Shown: positions 18,916-29,445 of the stretch, in pieces | Numbering within the stretch: the first letter of the stretch is position 1 | Layout of the letters: every line of letters starts with the position of its first letter | The notes under the pieces: model-generated | Told to the model about the DNA's origin: nothing | The model's input: only the letters and a program-made list of their open reading frames with translations | The model's database searches: none | Position numbers and translations under genes: made by a program | Source: a virus | DNA length: 64,000 nt | Virus record (IMG/VR): IMGVR_UViG_3300032093_000017 | Reading direction: 5' to 3' (one strand)

Positions 18916-20358
18916 ATGCAAATGTTCAATGCAGAGCATCTGCAGGAGAAGTGGTCACCACTCCTTGATTATCAAGGTCTGGACCCAATCAAAGACTCAC
19001 ATCGCAGAATGGTAACTGCGGTTCTCCTGGAGAATCAAGAAAAATTCCTTCGTGAGGAAAGAGAATTCCTCGGCGAAACAACCGCACCAACTAGCACAAC
19101 TGGTTCAACTGGTTCAAGTGCTGGTTTCTCTGGTGGTGCTGTTGCGGGTGGTCCAGTAGCAGGTTTTGATCCTGTTCTGATCTCCCTGATCCGTCGTTCA
19201 ATGCCTAACCTGGTCGCATATGACCTCGCAGGTGTTCAACCAATGAATGGTCCTACAGGACTTATCTTCGCAATGCGTTCACGTTACACCAACCAATCAG
19301 GTGCCGAGGCATTCTTTGATGAAGTTGATACTCAGTTCTCTGGCAGAAAGGGTAATCAATCTCAGTATGCTGTTAATCCTACTGTTGAAGCAAACGTAGG
19401 TTTTGGTACTACTGCTGCACAATCTGGTAGCAATCCTGGTCTTCTTAGTGCTGGTGGTTCTCAGCAAGATTACAACGTTGGTGGTGGTATGTCCACTGCT
19501 GATGCAGAGATTCTTGGTTCCGACTCCGGTGCTTCATTCAATGAGATGGCATTCTCAATTGAGAAAGTCACCGTTACTGCAAAATCCAGAGCACTGAAAG
19601 CCGAGTATTCACTTGAGCTTGCACAAGACCTGAAGGCAATTCACGGTCTGAATGCTGAGGCTGAATTGGCAAACATTCTCTCAACCGAGATTCTTGCTGA
19701 AATCAACCGTGAAGTTATCCGTACCATCTATAAGACTGCAGAGTCTGGTGCTCAGTTCAACGTTGCTAATGCTGGTACTTTTGACCTTGACATTGACTCC
19801 AATGGTCGTTGGTCAGTTGAGAAGTTCAAGGGTCTGATTTTCCAAATTGAAAGAGACGCAAACGCAATTGCACAGCGTACTCGTAGAGGAAAGGGCAACA
19901 TCATTATGTGCTCCTCTGACGTTGCTTCTGCTCTCTCAATGGCTGGTCTCCTTGACTACACCCCTGCACTCAATACAAACCTTAACGTAGATGATACTGG
20001 CAATACTTTTGCTGGTGTTCTGAACGGTAAGTACAGAGTTTACATTGACCCATATTCAGGTGGTGCTGGTAACCCAGCTTCTGGTGCAACTGGTGGTCAG
20101 TACTATGTTGTCGGTTATAAGGGTTCTTCCCCTTATGATGCAGGTCTCTTCTACTGCCCTTATGTTCCTCTCCAAATGGTTCGTGCCGTTGGTGAGAACA
20201 CCTTCCAGCCAAAAATCGGATTCAAGACTCGTTATGGTCTTGTTGCTAACCCATTTGCTGAAGGCAAGTCTGCATCTGCTCCTGAGAGCAATCTTGGTCG
20301 TATTCAGACTAACTCAAACCGTTACTACAGAAGAGTTCAAGTTAAGAACCTTATGTGA
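18916..20358 (+). CDS. g23: major capsid protein gp23
   Basis: DPVLISLIRRSMPNL, AKSRALKAEYSLELAQDLKAIHG, FQPKIGFKTRYG. Confidence 0.99.
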   Translation: MQMFNAEHLQEKWSPLLDYQGLDPIKDSHRRMVTAVLLENQEKFLREEREFLGETTAPTSTTGSTGSSAGFSGGAVAGGPVAGFDPVLISLIRRSMPNLVAYDLAGVQPMNGPTGLIFAMRSRYTNQSGAEAFFDEVDTQFSGRKGNQSQYAVNPTVEANVGFGTTAAQSGSNPGLLSAGGSQQDYNVGGGMSTADAEILGSDSGASFNEMAFSIEKVTVTAKSRALKAEYSLELAQDLKAIHGLNAEAELANILSTEILAEINREVIRTIYKTAESGAQFNVANAGTFDLDIDSNGRWSVEKFKGLIFQIERDANAIAQRTRRGKGNIIMCSSDVASALSMAGLLDYTPALNTNLNVDDTGNTFAGVLNGKYRVYIDPYSGGAGNPASGATGGQYYVVGYKGSSPYDAGLFYCPYVPLQMVRAVGENTFQPKIGFKTRYGLVANPFAEGKSASAPESNLGRIQTNSNRYYRRVQVKNLM

Positions 20359-20377
20359 TTTCGGTCCACAAATACTG

Positions 20378-20404
20378 GAGGGTCCAAAAGACCCTCTTTT
20401 TTTA
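20378..20404 (+). terminator. Rho-independent terminator after g23
   Basis: GAGGGTC-CAAAA-GACCCTC followed by T8. Confidence 0.9.
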
Positions 20405-20425
20405 TGTCTATAAATAAAAATAAAA

Positions 20426-20968
20426 ATGAGTCCGAGTCCTTGGTCAAAACAAATTAGTAATAGAAATTACTTGTCCCCTGTAGGATTTAAATTTATTTTA
20501 TCCGAATATCCTAAGGTTGATTTTTTTTCTAATTCATCACAAATACCAGGTATAAATTTAGGAGTTGCAGTTCAATCAAACTATCTGAAAGATATTCCAA
20601 TTCCTGGAGATAAACTTTCTTATGATGATTTTTCTTTTGAGTTTTTTGTAGATGAAAATTTACAAAATTATTTACAAGTCCATAATTGGATGAGAGGTCT
20701 TGGATATCCACAAAGTGTATCTGAATTTCAAGAATTATTAAATTCTGATGAATTTAATCCAGGAGTTCAAGATGCAAACTTTGGACAATCAGATGGAAGT
20801 TTAATCATCTATAATAGTAATTACAATCCTATATCACAAGTCAATTTTAGAGGATTGTTTCCAGTTTCATTATCTACTATAGATTTTAATGCTAAAGAAC
20901 AAGATATCAATTATGTGACTGCAAATGTCACATTCAAATATACTTTATATGACATAGTTGTTTATTGA
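20426..20968 (+). CDS. g3: tail completion/tube terminator gp3
   Basis: NRNYLSPVGFKF, VDENLQNY, FRGLFPVSLS; late promoter at 20409. Confidence 0.9.
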   Translation: MSPSPWSKQISNRNYLSPVGFKFILSEYPKVDFFSNSSQIPGINLGVAVQSNYLKDIPIPGDKLSYDDFSFEFFVDENLQNYLQVHNWMRGLGYPQSVSEFQELLNSDEFNPGVQDANFGQSDGSLIIYNSNYNPISQVNFRGLFPVSLSTIDFNAKEQDINYVTANVTFKYTLYDIVVY

Positions 20969-20973
20969 TTTTT

Positions 20974-21402
20974 ATGAACATTGATGAAATTCAAACATTA
21001 TGGGAAGAAGATTCAAAGATAGACCCAGACAATCTGCATCAAGAATCACTTAAAATTCCATCTTTACATTCAAAATATTATAAAATATATAATAACATTA
21101 CTCTTCTTAAAAAAATGGAAGAGAATAAATATAAAATTTTAAAAAAAGAAAAATGGTTATATTATTCTGGAAAAGCAGAACCAGAAGTATATAAAAATAA
21201 TCCATTTGATCATAAGGTTTTAAAACCGGACCTAGATAAGTATATGGATGCAGATCCTGACTTAATCAAAGTAGTATCAAAAATTGAATACTACCAAATG
21301 ATGATTAACTATTTGGATGGGATTTTAAAGACAATATTAAATAGAACCTACCAGATCAAAAATGCCATTGAATATATGAGATTTACTGCGGGATATGACT
21401 AA
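20974..21402 (+). CDS. uvsY: recombination mediator UvsY
   Basis: W.EDSKID, IPSLHSKY, RTYQIKNAIE. Confidence 0.9.
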   Translation: MNIDEIQTLWEEDSKIDPDNLHQESLKIPSLHSKYYKIYNNITLLKKMEENKYKILKKEKWLYYSGKAEPEVYKNNPFDHKVLKPDLDKYMDADPDLIKVVSKIEYYQMMINYLDGILKTILNRTYQIKNAIEYMRFTAGYD

Positions 21403-22858
21403 TATAATTATTCAAAAAAAGAACGAAATATATTTAAAAGTAGAGGCAGAACCACATATACATCAGGAATTATTTGATTATTTTACTTTTGAAGTTCCTG
21501 GTGCAAAGTTTATGCCTCAATATAGAAGCAAATATTGGGATGGAAAAATAAGACTTTATAGTAATCATACTGGTGAAATATATGTTGGTCTTTTAGACAA
21601 ATTAGTTGCTTGGGCAAAACGATATGAATACACAGTAGAATTTAAAGATAATAAATTTTATGGTTCTCCATTTGAAGAGAACGAAATGATTTCTTTTAAT
21701 GGTGTTTCCGATTATATGAATAAAATATCAAAACACCAACCAAGAGATTATCAAATTGATGCTGTTTATGATGCTTTGCGGTATAATAGAAAACTTTTAA
21801 TTTCCCCAACAGCATCTGGAAAATCTTTGATGATATATACAATCGTAAGATATTTTGTGGATAATAATAAAAATATTTTATTGATTGTTCCAACTACATC
21901 ATTGGTTGAGCAAATGGTAAAGGACTTTTTAGATTATGGATGGGATTCGGAAAAGTATTGTCATAAAATTTATTCTGGAAAAGAAAAAAATACAGACAAA
22001 CCAGTAGTAGTAACCACTTGGCAATCTATTTACAATCTTCAAAGGTCTTTTTATGAAAACTTTGATGTGGTGATTGGGGATGAAGCACATCAATTCAAAT
22101 CAAAGTCTCTCGTGGGCATTATGACCAAGATGGACAATACAAAGTATAGATTTGGATTCACTGGAACTTTAGACGGGTCACAGACTCATAAATGGGTACT
22201 TGAGGGACTCTTTGGTCCATCATACAAAGTCACACAAACAAAAGAACTTATTGAAAAAGGTCATCTTTCAAAACTACAAATTAAAATTTTATTATTAAAA
22301 CATAATTCTCATCAATTTAATGAATATGAAGAGGAAGTTCAATATATTATTGGACACGAAAAACGAAATAATTTTATTAAAAATCTTGTATTAGATTTAA
22401 AAGGTAACAGTCTTGTCCTTTTTAATCGTGTTGAATCTCACGGACAGATTCTATACGAACTTATAAATAATTCTGCTTCAAAAAATAGAAAAGTATTTTT
22501 TGTTCACGGTGGAGTTAATACTGAAACAAGAGAAAAAATAAGAGAAATAACTGAGAAAGAAAACAATGCAATCATTGTTGCTTCTTACGGCACTTTTTCT
22601 ACTGGTATTAACATTAGAAATTTACATAATGTTATTTTTGCTTCCCCTAGTAAATCAAGAATCAGAAACCTCCAATCAATCGGAAGAGTCTTGAGGAAGG
22701 GAGAAAATAAAAATAAAGCAGTTCTTTATGATATTGCTGATGATGCTACATACAAGTCAAGAAAAAATTATACTCTCAATCATTTAATAGAAAGAATTAA
22801 AATATACAATGAAGAAAAATTTAACTATGAAATTTTACAAATTAACTTTAAAAAATAA
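21395..22858 (+). CDS. uvsW: UvsW RNA-DNA/DNA helicase
   Basis: SPTASGKS, DEAH, GFTGT, LQSIGRVLR. Confidence 0.97.
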   Translation: MTNIIIQKKNEIYLKVEAEPHIHQELFDYFTFEVPGAKFMPQYRSKYWDGKIRLYSNHTGEIYVGLLDKLVAWAKRYEYTVEFKDNKFYGSPFEENEMISFNGVSDYMNKISKHQPRDYQIDAVYDALRYNRKLLISPTASGKSLMIYTIVRYFVDNNKNILLIVPTTSLVEQMVKDFLDYGWDSEKYCHKIYSGKEKNTDKPVVVTTWQSIYNLQRSFYENFDVVIGDEAHQFKSKSLVGIMTKMDNTKYRFGFTGTLDGSQTHKWVLEGLFGPSYKVTQTKELIEKGHLSKLQIKILLLKHNSHQFNEYEEEVQYIIGHEKRNNFIKNLVLDLKGNSLVLFNRVESHGQILYELINNSASKNRKVFFVHGGVNTETREKIREITEKENNAIIVASYGTFSTGINIRNLHNVIFASPSKSRIRNLQSIGRVLRKGENKNKAVLYDIADDATYKSRKNYTLNHLIERIKIYNEEKFNYEILQINFKK

Positions 22859-23254
22859 ATGGAAGAAGACTTTTACGGAATTATAAAATTAATCTCTGGT
22901 GAAGAAGTGTTTGCTAAGATTTGTCCTTTTGATGATGGTGATGATGATACACTTTTAATGTTAGATTCTCCAGTTACTATGGAAACAATTGTAGTTCGTC
23001 AATTGGGAATGACTACAATTAAAGTGAGTCCTTGGATCAAAATGAGTGATGAAGATTTATTTATTATAAAGATGGATAAAATTATAACTGTTACAGAAGT
23101 TTCTGATAAAGATTTAATTAAAATGCATATAAAATATGTAAAAGATAAAAATAGAAAATCAAATAAGACAAAGTTATCAGAAAAAATGGGATATCTATCA
23201 AGCATTGCTGATGCAAGAATATCCTTAGAGAAATTATATAAATCTAATAACTAA
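22859..23254 (+). CDS. conserved hypothetical protein (Sm-like fold likely)
   Basis: IIKLISGEEVFA...PW motif; synteny between uvsW and g55. Confidence 0.7.
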   Translation: MEEDFYGIIKLISGEEVFAKICPFDDGDDDTLLMLDSPVTMETIVVRQLGMTTIKVSPWIKMSDEDLFIIKMDKIITVTEVSDKDLIKMHIKYVKDKNRKSNKTKLSEKMGYLSSIADARISLEKLYKSNN

Positions 23255-23287
23255 AAGATATAATTTATCTTCAAACCTAACAGAGTG

Positions 23288-23338
23288 ATTTTACTCATAT
23301 TTTAAATGTTTGTCAAGTTCCCATTGATGTGGTAAAAT
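23288..23338. promoter_or_regulatory. overlapping divergent sigma70-type promoters upstream of g55
   Basis: Minus strand TTGACA (23316-23311)-17 bp-TAAAAT (23293-23288); plus strand TTGTCA (23310-23315)-17 bp-TAAAAT (23333-23338) with a TG extended -10. Confidence 0.6.
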
Positions 23339-23376
23339 TATAGTTATTATTAGTAGTTCTACTTTCTCCTTTACAA

Positions 23377-23847
23377 ATGAATAAAATTAAAAAGAATCCA
23401 CATTACGTAAACAATAAAGATTTTTATGATGCTTTATTAGTTTATAAAAATAAAGTTAAAGCAGCAAAAGAACAAGATTTGCCAATCCCACCAATAACAA
23501 ATTATCTCGGTGACTGCTTTTTAAAGATTGCAACACATTTATCATATCGTCCTAATTTTGTAAATTATATTTTTCGTGAAGATATGATTAGTGATGGTGT
23601 TGAAAATTGTGTTCAATATATTAATAATTTTGATTTAAATAGGTCAAATCCATTTGCTTATTTTACTCAAATTGTCTATTATGCTTTTTTGCGTCGTATT
23701 CAGAAAGAGAAAAAGCAAATGGAAATAAAAGAAAAGATTATTGAAAGAAGTGGATACGAGCAGTTGTTTTATGTGGATGATGACTCACCAAATTCTTCTG
23801 ACTATAATACAATTAAAGAAAATATTCAAATGAAATCATATCAATGA
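23377..23847 (+). CDS. g55: late sigma factor gp55
   Basis: HYVNNKDF, LSYRPNFVNY..REDMISDG, NPFAYFTQI..AFLRRI.KEK. Confidence 0.97.
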   Translation: MNKIKKNPHYVNNKDFYDALLVYKNKVKAAKEQDLPIPPITNYLGDCFLKIATHLSYRPNFVNYIFREDMISDGVENCVQYINNFDLNRSNPFAYFTQIVYYAFLRRIQKEKKQMEIKEKIIERSGYEQLFYVDDDSPNSSDYNTIKENIQMKSYQ

Positions 23848-24884
23848 AAATTGGAATTATAACTGATACTCATTATAATTTTCGTAAAGCTAATAAGGCA
23901 TTTCACGAATACTTTGAAAGATTTTATAATGATATATTTTTTCCAAACTTAAAGAAAAATAAAATTAAAACGGTTGTTCATCTTGGAGATGCTTTTGATA
24001 ATCGTAAAGGAGTAGATTATTGGGCATTGCAATGGGCAAAACGGAACGTATACGATAAGTTTGAACAACTTGGAATCACTGTATACAGTATTGTTGGAAA
24101 TCACGATGCATATTATAAAAATACTAATGAAGTAAATTCAATTGATGTTTTATTAAACGAGTACTCAAACATTGTAAAAATATCAAGTCCAACTGAAATT
24201 TTTATTGACGATACTGAGTGTGTTTTTTTACCCTGGATTTGCACTGACAATGAGAAGGACACATTCTCACTATTAGAAGAATCAACTGCAAAAATTGTAT
24301 TTGGTCACCTTGAACTGTCTGGATTTTCTGTTTATCCTGGACACGTTCAGGAAAACGGACTGAATAAAAATGTATTCAAAAAGTTTGATAGAGTTTTTTC
24401 TGGGCACTATCATACTTCTAGTAATGATGGCAAGATTTTTTATCTTGGGAATCCATATCAAATGTTTTGGTGTGATGTGAACGATAAAAGGGGATTTCAT
24501 ATTTTTGATACTGATGATTATGCATTAGAAAAAATTGAAAATCCTTACACTATGTTTGAAAAAGTTTATTATGATGACGATAGTGAGGATATTGATTTTT
24601 CCTCACTATCAAACAAGATGATTAAACTTTTTGTACAGAAAAAAGAAAATCATTTAAAGTTTGATAAGTTTGTAAGTCAAATTGTAAATGCAAATCCATT
24701 AGAATTTAAAATTGTTGAGAATTTTGATGTTTATGATGATGATGTGAATTCTGATGAATTTTGTATGGAAGATACACTTAGTATTCTGGATAAATACGTT
24801 GAAGAGTCTGAATTTAATTTAAATAAAACAATCATCAAAAATCTTTTAAGAGATGTTTACAAAGAAGCATTAGAGATAGAGTAA
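23844..24884 (+). CDS. g47: recombination endonuclease subunit gp47 (Mre11-like)
   Basis: DTH, GDAFD, GNHD, GHLE, SGHYH metallophosphoesterase motifs. Confidence 0.96.
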   Translation: MKIGIITDTHYNFRKANKAFHEYFERFYNDIFFPNLKKNKIKTVVHLGDAFDNRKGVDYWALQWAKRNVYDKFEQLGITVYSIVGNHDAYYKNTNEVNSIDVLLNEYSNIVKISSPTEIFIDDTECVFLPWICTDNEKDTFSLLEESTAKIVFGHLELSGFSVYPGHVQENGLNKNVFKKFDRVFSGHYHTSSNDGKIFYLGNPYQMFWCDVNDKRGFHIFDTDDYALEKIENPYTMFEKVYYDDDSEDIDFSSLSNKMIKLFVQKKENHLKFDKFVSQIVNANPLEFKIVENFDVYDDDVNSDEFCMEDTLSILDKYVEESEFNLNKTIIKNLLRDVYKEALEIE

Positions 24885-25171
24885 TGTACGTACTATCAAT
24901 TAAAGAACAAGAAGATGAAGGTGCATATGCAGTAATGAATGAAGATGGTGATAAAACTTTGTATATATTTGAAGAAGAAGACGATGCAGAAAGATATGCT
25001 GGTCTCTTAGAAGCAGAAGACTATCCAGAGATGTCTGTGGTTGAAGTAGAAGACGAAGTAGCAATAAAAACCTGTGAAGTATATGGATATAGTTATGCTA
25101 TAATTACCCCTAATGACTTTGTAATACCCCCACGAGATTATGATTCTGTTCAAGAAAATTTCATATCGTAA
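24884..25171 (+). CDS. conserved hypothetical protein (DUF3110-like)
   Basis: FEEEDDAERYAGLLEAEDYP motif. Confidence 0.7.
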   Translation: MYVLSIKEQEDEGAYAVMNEDGDKTLYIFEEEDDAERYAGLLEAEDYPEMSVVEVEDEVAIKTCEVYGYSYAIITPNDFVIPPRDYDSVQENFIS

Positions 25172-26855
25172 TTTTTTATCATCTGGAAATCAACCTACAC
25201 AAATTAATCTTTCAGAAAATCAAACAACATTAATTGTGGGGTCTAATGGTTCTGGAAAAAGTACCTTATTAGATGCTTTGTGTTTTGTGTTGTTTAATAA
25301 AGCATTCCGAAAAATTACAAAACCTCAACTTATAAATTCAACTAATTCTAAAGATTGTTTGGTTGAAATAGAGTTTAGTATTGGCACTAAAGAATATAAA
25401 GTAGTAAGAGGAATTAAACCAAATATTTTTGAGATTTGGGTAGATGGAGTTTTGCAAAACCAATCCTCGGCTACGGTGGACCAGCAAAAACAACTAGAAG
25501 AGAGTATTCTTAAATTGAATTATAAGTCATTTACTCAAATTGTTATTTTGGGAAGTGCATCTTTTGTTCCCTTTATGCAACTTTCTGCTTCAACAAGAAG
25601 AGAAATTGTTGAAGATTTGTTGGACATAAAAATATTTTCCTCTATGAATTCTGTAATTAAAGATAAAATTCGTAAAATCAATGAAGAAATAAAGGACTCA
25701 TCTTTTATTGAAAAGACAACAGAAGAAAAAATTGAGATGCAAAAGAGTTTTATTGAGGAACTTGAGAATCGTGGTAATGCCAACATAAATGCCAATAAGG
25801 AAAAGATTGCCAAGTTAAATACTGAAATTGACAATTATGAGGCAGATAATGATGCCATAGGATATGGTCTTAAGGGTCATCAAAAAGATCAAGAAGAACT
25901 CATTGGTGCTGATGATAAGTTAGTAAAACTAAACAATCTCAAAGGTAAAATCTCTCAGAAAGTATCTGTGATTACTAAAGAGCATAAGTTTTTTACTGAA
26001 AATACGGTCTGCCCTACTTGCACTCAAACAATTGAAGAAGAGTTTCGGTTAAATAGAATTACAGACGCTCAAAATAAAGCAAAGGAACTCCAGAAAGGGT
26101 TTCAAGAACTTGAGGAGACTATAAAGTTAGAACAAGAGCGAGAGCGTCAATTTGTTGTTCTTTCTAAGGAGATCACTAAACTTACATATGAAATTTCTCA
26201 AAACAATACTCGGATCAGTTTCAATCAAAGACAAATCCGAGAACTTGAATATGAAATTCAAACTATTACCGACAAAAGTAAAAACAGAACTTCTGAGAGA
26301 GATGAATTAAAAAAGTTAGAAAAACAACTTATTGAAATAACGAAGAATAAAGTTAAACATAAAGAAAATATTTCTTATTATGATTTTTTGCATTTATTGA
26401 TGAAAGATGGTGGAATTAAGGCAAAAATTATACAAAAATATTTGCCTTCTATGAATCAACTTATCAACAAATATTTGCAATTGATGGACTTTTATATCAA
26501 TTTTACTTTTGATGAAGAATTTAAAGAAATAATCAAATCCCCAATTTATGAGGACTTTAGTTATGATTCCTTCAGTGAAGGAGAAAAGATGAGAATTAAT
26601 CTTGCAATTTTATTTACTTGGAGAGAAATTGCAAGACTTAAAAATTCTGTAAATACTAATCTTCTTATTCTAGATGAAGTATTTGATAGTTCTTTAGATT
26701 TTGCTGGAACTGATTATTTTACAAAAATTATTAAGTTTATGATTAGCAATACTAATGTATTTGTCATATCACATAAGACAGATGAATTAATTGATAAATT
26801 TGACAAAGTGATTAAATTTGAAAAAGTTAAAGGATTCAGCAAAATGGTTGACTGA
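25140..26855 (+). CDS. g46: recombination ATPase gp46 (Rad50-like)
   Basis: GSNGSGKST, CPTC Zn-hook, FSEGE signature, LILDEVFD. Confidence 0.97.
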   Translation: MILFKKISYRNFLSSGNQPTQINLSENQTTLIVGSNGSGKSTLLDALCFVLFNKAFRKITKPQLINSTNSKDCLVEIEFSIGTKEYKVVRGIKPNIFEIWVDGVLQNQSSATVDQQKQLEESILKLNYKSFTQIVILGSASFVPFMQLSASTRREIVEDLLDIKIFSSMNSVIKDKIRKINEEIKDSSFIEKTTEEKIEMQKSFIEELENRGNANINANKEKIAKLNTEIDNYEADNDAIGYGLKGHQKDQEELIGADDKLVKLNNLKGKISQKVSVITKEHKFFTENTVCPTCTQTIEEEFRLNRITDAQNKAKELQKGFQELEETIKLEQERERQFVVLSKEITKLTYEISQNNTRISFNQRQIRELEYEIQTITDKSKNRTSERDELKKLEKQLIEITKNKVKHKENISYYDFLHLLMKDGGIKAKIIQKYLPSMNQLINKYLQLMDFYINFTFDEEFKEIIKSPIYEDFSYDSFSEGEKMRINLAILFTWREIARLKNSVNTNLLILDEVFDSSLDFAGTDYFTKIIKFMISNTNVFVISHKTDELIDKFDKVIKFEKVKGFSKMVD

Positions 26856-26957
26856 TTCCAAGTTAACTGATATGATTGATGAAGGTTATTATGACTTTCC
26901 CTAATTATGTTTGGACCAGAAGATTAACGCAACCGTGCAAATAAATTCACACCCATT

Positions 26958-27305
26958 ATGAATGATCATAATGGACTAAATGATATTACAAAAAAACCTA
27001 CTTTTATGACCGAAAACACAAATACTAATGGTTTCTGGAAATACAATGAAGATAAAATCCTGAAACAACTTGAAGAATATATTGCTGGCACTTATAATCA
27101 GCATTATCTTGATAAGAGTTCTGGTGGAACAGAACAGACACAGGATAAAATCAAACACAATCGTCGTGAAGGTTTCTTTGCTGGCAACATTACTAAGTAT
27201 GCTGATCGTTATGATACCAAAGGAACTCCTCGTGCTGACTTGTTCAAAGTATTGCACTATACTATTCTTTTGATCAATCATCTCAATCTCGTTGAAAATA
27301 AGTGA
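26958..27305 (+). CDS. DUF3310-like protein (possible nucleotide kinase)
   Basis: KYNED...TYNQHY...GNITKYADRY..KG...DL.K.LHY. Confidence 0.65.
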   Translation: MNDHNGLNDITKKPTFMTENTNTNGFWKYNEDKILKQLEEYIAGTYNQHYLDKSSGGTEQTQDKIKHNRREGFFAGNITKYADRYDTKGTPRADLFKVLHYTILLINHLNLVENK

Positions 27306-27322
27306 AACTGAAACCAAAAATT

Positions 27323-27988
27323 ATGAAACTTTCTGAAACTACTCTCACTATTCTAAAAAACTTTTCTTCAATTAATCAGTCTATTTTGGTTAAGGAAGGT
27401 TCCAAACTTCGCACAATTTCTGTGATGAAAAATATTCTTGCGGAAGCAGAAATTAACGAAGAGTTTCCAAAGGACTTTGCAATTTATGACCTCAATCAAT
27501 TTCTAAATGGTCTTGGGTTGCATCAAGATCCAGATCTTGATTTTGAAAATGATTCCCACGTAATTATTCGTGAAGGAAAACGTAGGGTAAAATATTTCTT
27601 TGCTGATCCTGAAGTGATTGTGTCACCACCAGAAAAGGAAATTTCTCTTCCATCGCAGGATGTTTGTTTTCAATTAGAACATTCTCAAATGGAAAAATTG
27701 ATTAAAGCATCTGCAGTTTATCAACTTCCAGATCTTTCTGTTATTGGTGAGAATGGTGTAATTAAACTGGTGGTTCGTGACAAAAAGAATGATACTTCCA
27801 ATGAATATTCAATTATTGTAGGTGAAACTAATAAAACATTCACGTTCAATTTTAAGGTGGAAAACATTAAGATTATTCCTGGTGCCTATGACGTTATAGT
27901 GTCTTCTAAACTTTTGTCACAATTTAAGAATAACAAGTACAATCTTTGCTACTATATTGCTCTTGAACCCGATTCTTCTTTTGAATGA
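27323..27988 (+). CDS. g45: sliding clamp gp45
   Basis: MKLSETTLTILKNFSSINQSI, FAIYDLNQFL, YYIALEPDS. Confidence 0.96.
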   Translation: MKLSETTLTILKNFSSINQSILVKEGSKLRTISVMKNILAEAEINEEFPKDFAIYDLNQFLNGLGLHQDPDLDFENDSHVIIREGKRRVKYFFADPEVIVSPPEKEISLPSQDVCFQLEHSQMEKLIKASAVYQLPDLSVIGENGVIKLVVRDKKNDTSNEYSIIVGETNKTFTFNFKVENIKIIPGAYDVIVSSKLLSQFKNNKYNLCYYIALEPDSSFE

Positions 27989-28497
27989 ACATCTTTGCAA
28001 CTTGCCCTTGGCCTGCTGAAAGTGCTATTTGTCTTCCCGATAAACATATCGTCAAGATGCCTCTGGAATGCTGCCAAATGCTTTCTATTGTGGCATCTAA
28101 AAAATGGGGTCATAATTATGGAACACTTCCTAAAGCAGATGGAACTCCTTATGCAACTGAAAAAGGTGCTTTTCGTAATCACCCCTGCACTAAATGGGCA
28201 TCAGAAACTATTGATAATGCCTATTGGTTGATTAAGCACGGAATGAATTTATGTGATGAATATCATTTAAGATATGGAAAACAACATTCGTGCTATAATA
28301 CTTTACTTCAAGCATATTATATTTTTCCAAAAGGAAAAATAGATAATATAACTCCATTTGCTCGTGCTATGCCTGATGAGTATAAACTTGATACAAGCAT
28401 TGACACTTTTACTGCTTACAAGATGTATATCGCATCCAAACCTTGGGTTGCATCTAATTATCTTCGTATGCCTCAACGAAAACCTGAATGGATCTAA
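27985..28497 (+). CDS. pyrimidine-dimer DNA glycosylase-like protein
   Basis: MNIF...DKHIVKMPLECCQML, NHPCTKW, EY..RYGK.H, AMPDEYK. Confidence 0.75.
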   Translation: MNIFATCPWPAESAICLPDKHIVKMPLECCQMLSIVASKKWGHNYGTLPKADGTPYATEKGAFRNHPCTKWASETIDNAYWLIKHGMNLCDEYHLRYGKQHSCYNTLLQAYYIFPKGKIDNITPFARAMPDEYKLDTSIDTFTAYKMYIASKPWVASNYLRMPQRKPEWI

Positions 28498-28500
28498 ATT

Positions 28501-29445
28501 ATGACAAGTGAATTTCTTTTTGTGGAGAAGTACCGTCCTAAAGTAATTGAGGACTGTATTCTTCCTGATGATACTAAAAAAACATTTAAGGAGTTTGTGG
28601 AGAAGGGTGAGATTCCCAATCTCCTTCTCGCAGGACCTCCTGGTATTGGTAAAACTACAATCGCAAAAGCATTGTGCAATGAATTGGGAGCAGATTATTA
28701 TGTCATCAACGGATCCGACGAAGGACGTTTCTTGGATACTGTACGAAACCAAGCAAAGAACTTCGCTTCGACCGTCTCACTTACGGGATCTTCTAAACAC
28801 AAAGTCATCATCATCGATGAAGCTGATAACACAGGAAACGACGTACAACTCCTACTACGGGCGAATATTGAGGCATTTTATAATAACTGCAGATTTATCT
28901 TCACCTGCAATTATAAAAACAAAATCATTGAACCTCTCCATTCCCGATGTGCAGTCATTGATTTCGCAATCAAAGGAAAACAGAAAGCACAACTCGCAGG
29001 AAGTTTCTTCAAGAGAGTTCTCCAAATCTTGGATCAGGAAAAAATTGAGTACGATCAAAAAGTCGTTGCTGAACTTGTATCCAAGCACTTTCCTGACTTC
29101 AGGAGAGTCCTTAATGAATGCCAAAGGTATTCTACTGGAGGAAAAATAGACTCTGGCATTCTTGTATCTTTTTCGGACGTTACTGTAAATGAACTTGTTA
29201 AACATCTTAAAGAAAAAAATTTCTCAGAAGTCCGAAAGTGGGTGGTCTCCAACTTGGACAATGATTCTTCTGTCATTCTTCGCAGGGTTTATGACACCCT
29301 TTATAGTGTTCTACTCCCCCAGTTTATCCCCGCTGCCGTTCTTGTTATTGCTAAGTATCAATACCAATGTGCGTTCGTGGCTGATCAAGAAATTAACCTC
29401 CTAGCAGCATTAACTGAAATTATGTGTGAGTGTGAATTTAAATGA
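28501..29445 (+). CDS. g44: clamp loader large subunit gp44
   Basis: VEKYRP, GPPGIGKT, IIDEAD, PLHSRC. Confidence 0.97.
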   Translation: MTSEFLFVEKYRPKVIEDCILPDDTKKTFKEFVEKGEIPNLLLAGPPGIGKTTIAKALCNELGADYYVINGSDEGRFLDTVRNQAKNFASTVSLTGSSKHKVIIIDEADNTGNDVQLLLRANIEAFYNNCRFIFTCNYKNKIIEPLHSRCAVIDFAIKGKQKAQLAGSFFKRVLQILDQEKIEYDQKVVAELVSKHFPDFRRVLNECQRYSTGGKIDSGILVSFSDVTVNELVKHLKEKNFSEVRKWVVSNLDNDSSVILRRVYDTLYSVLLPQFIPAAVLVIAKYQYQCAFVADQEINLLAALTEIMCECEFK

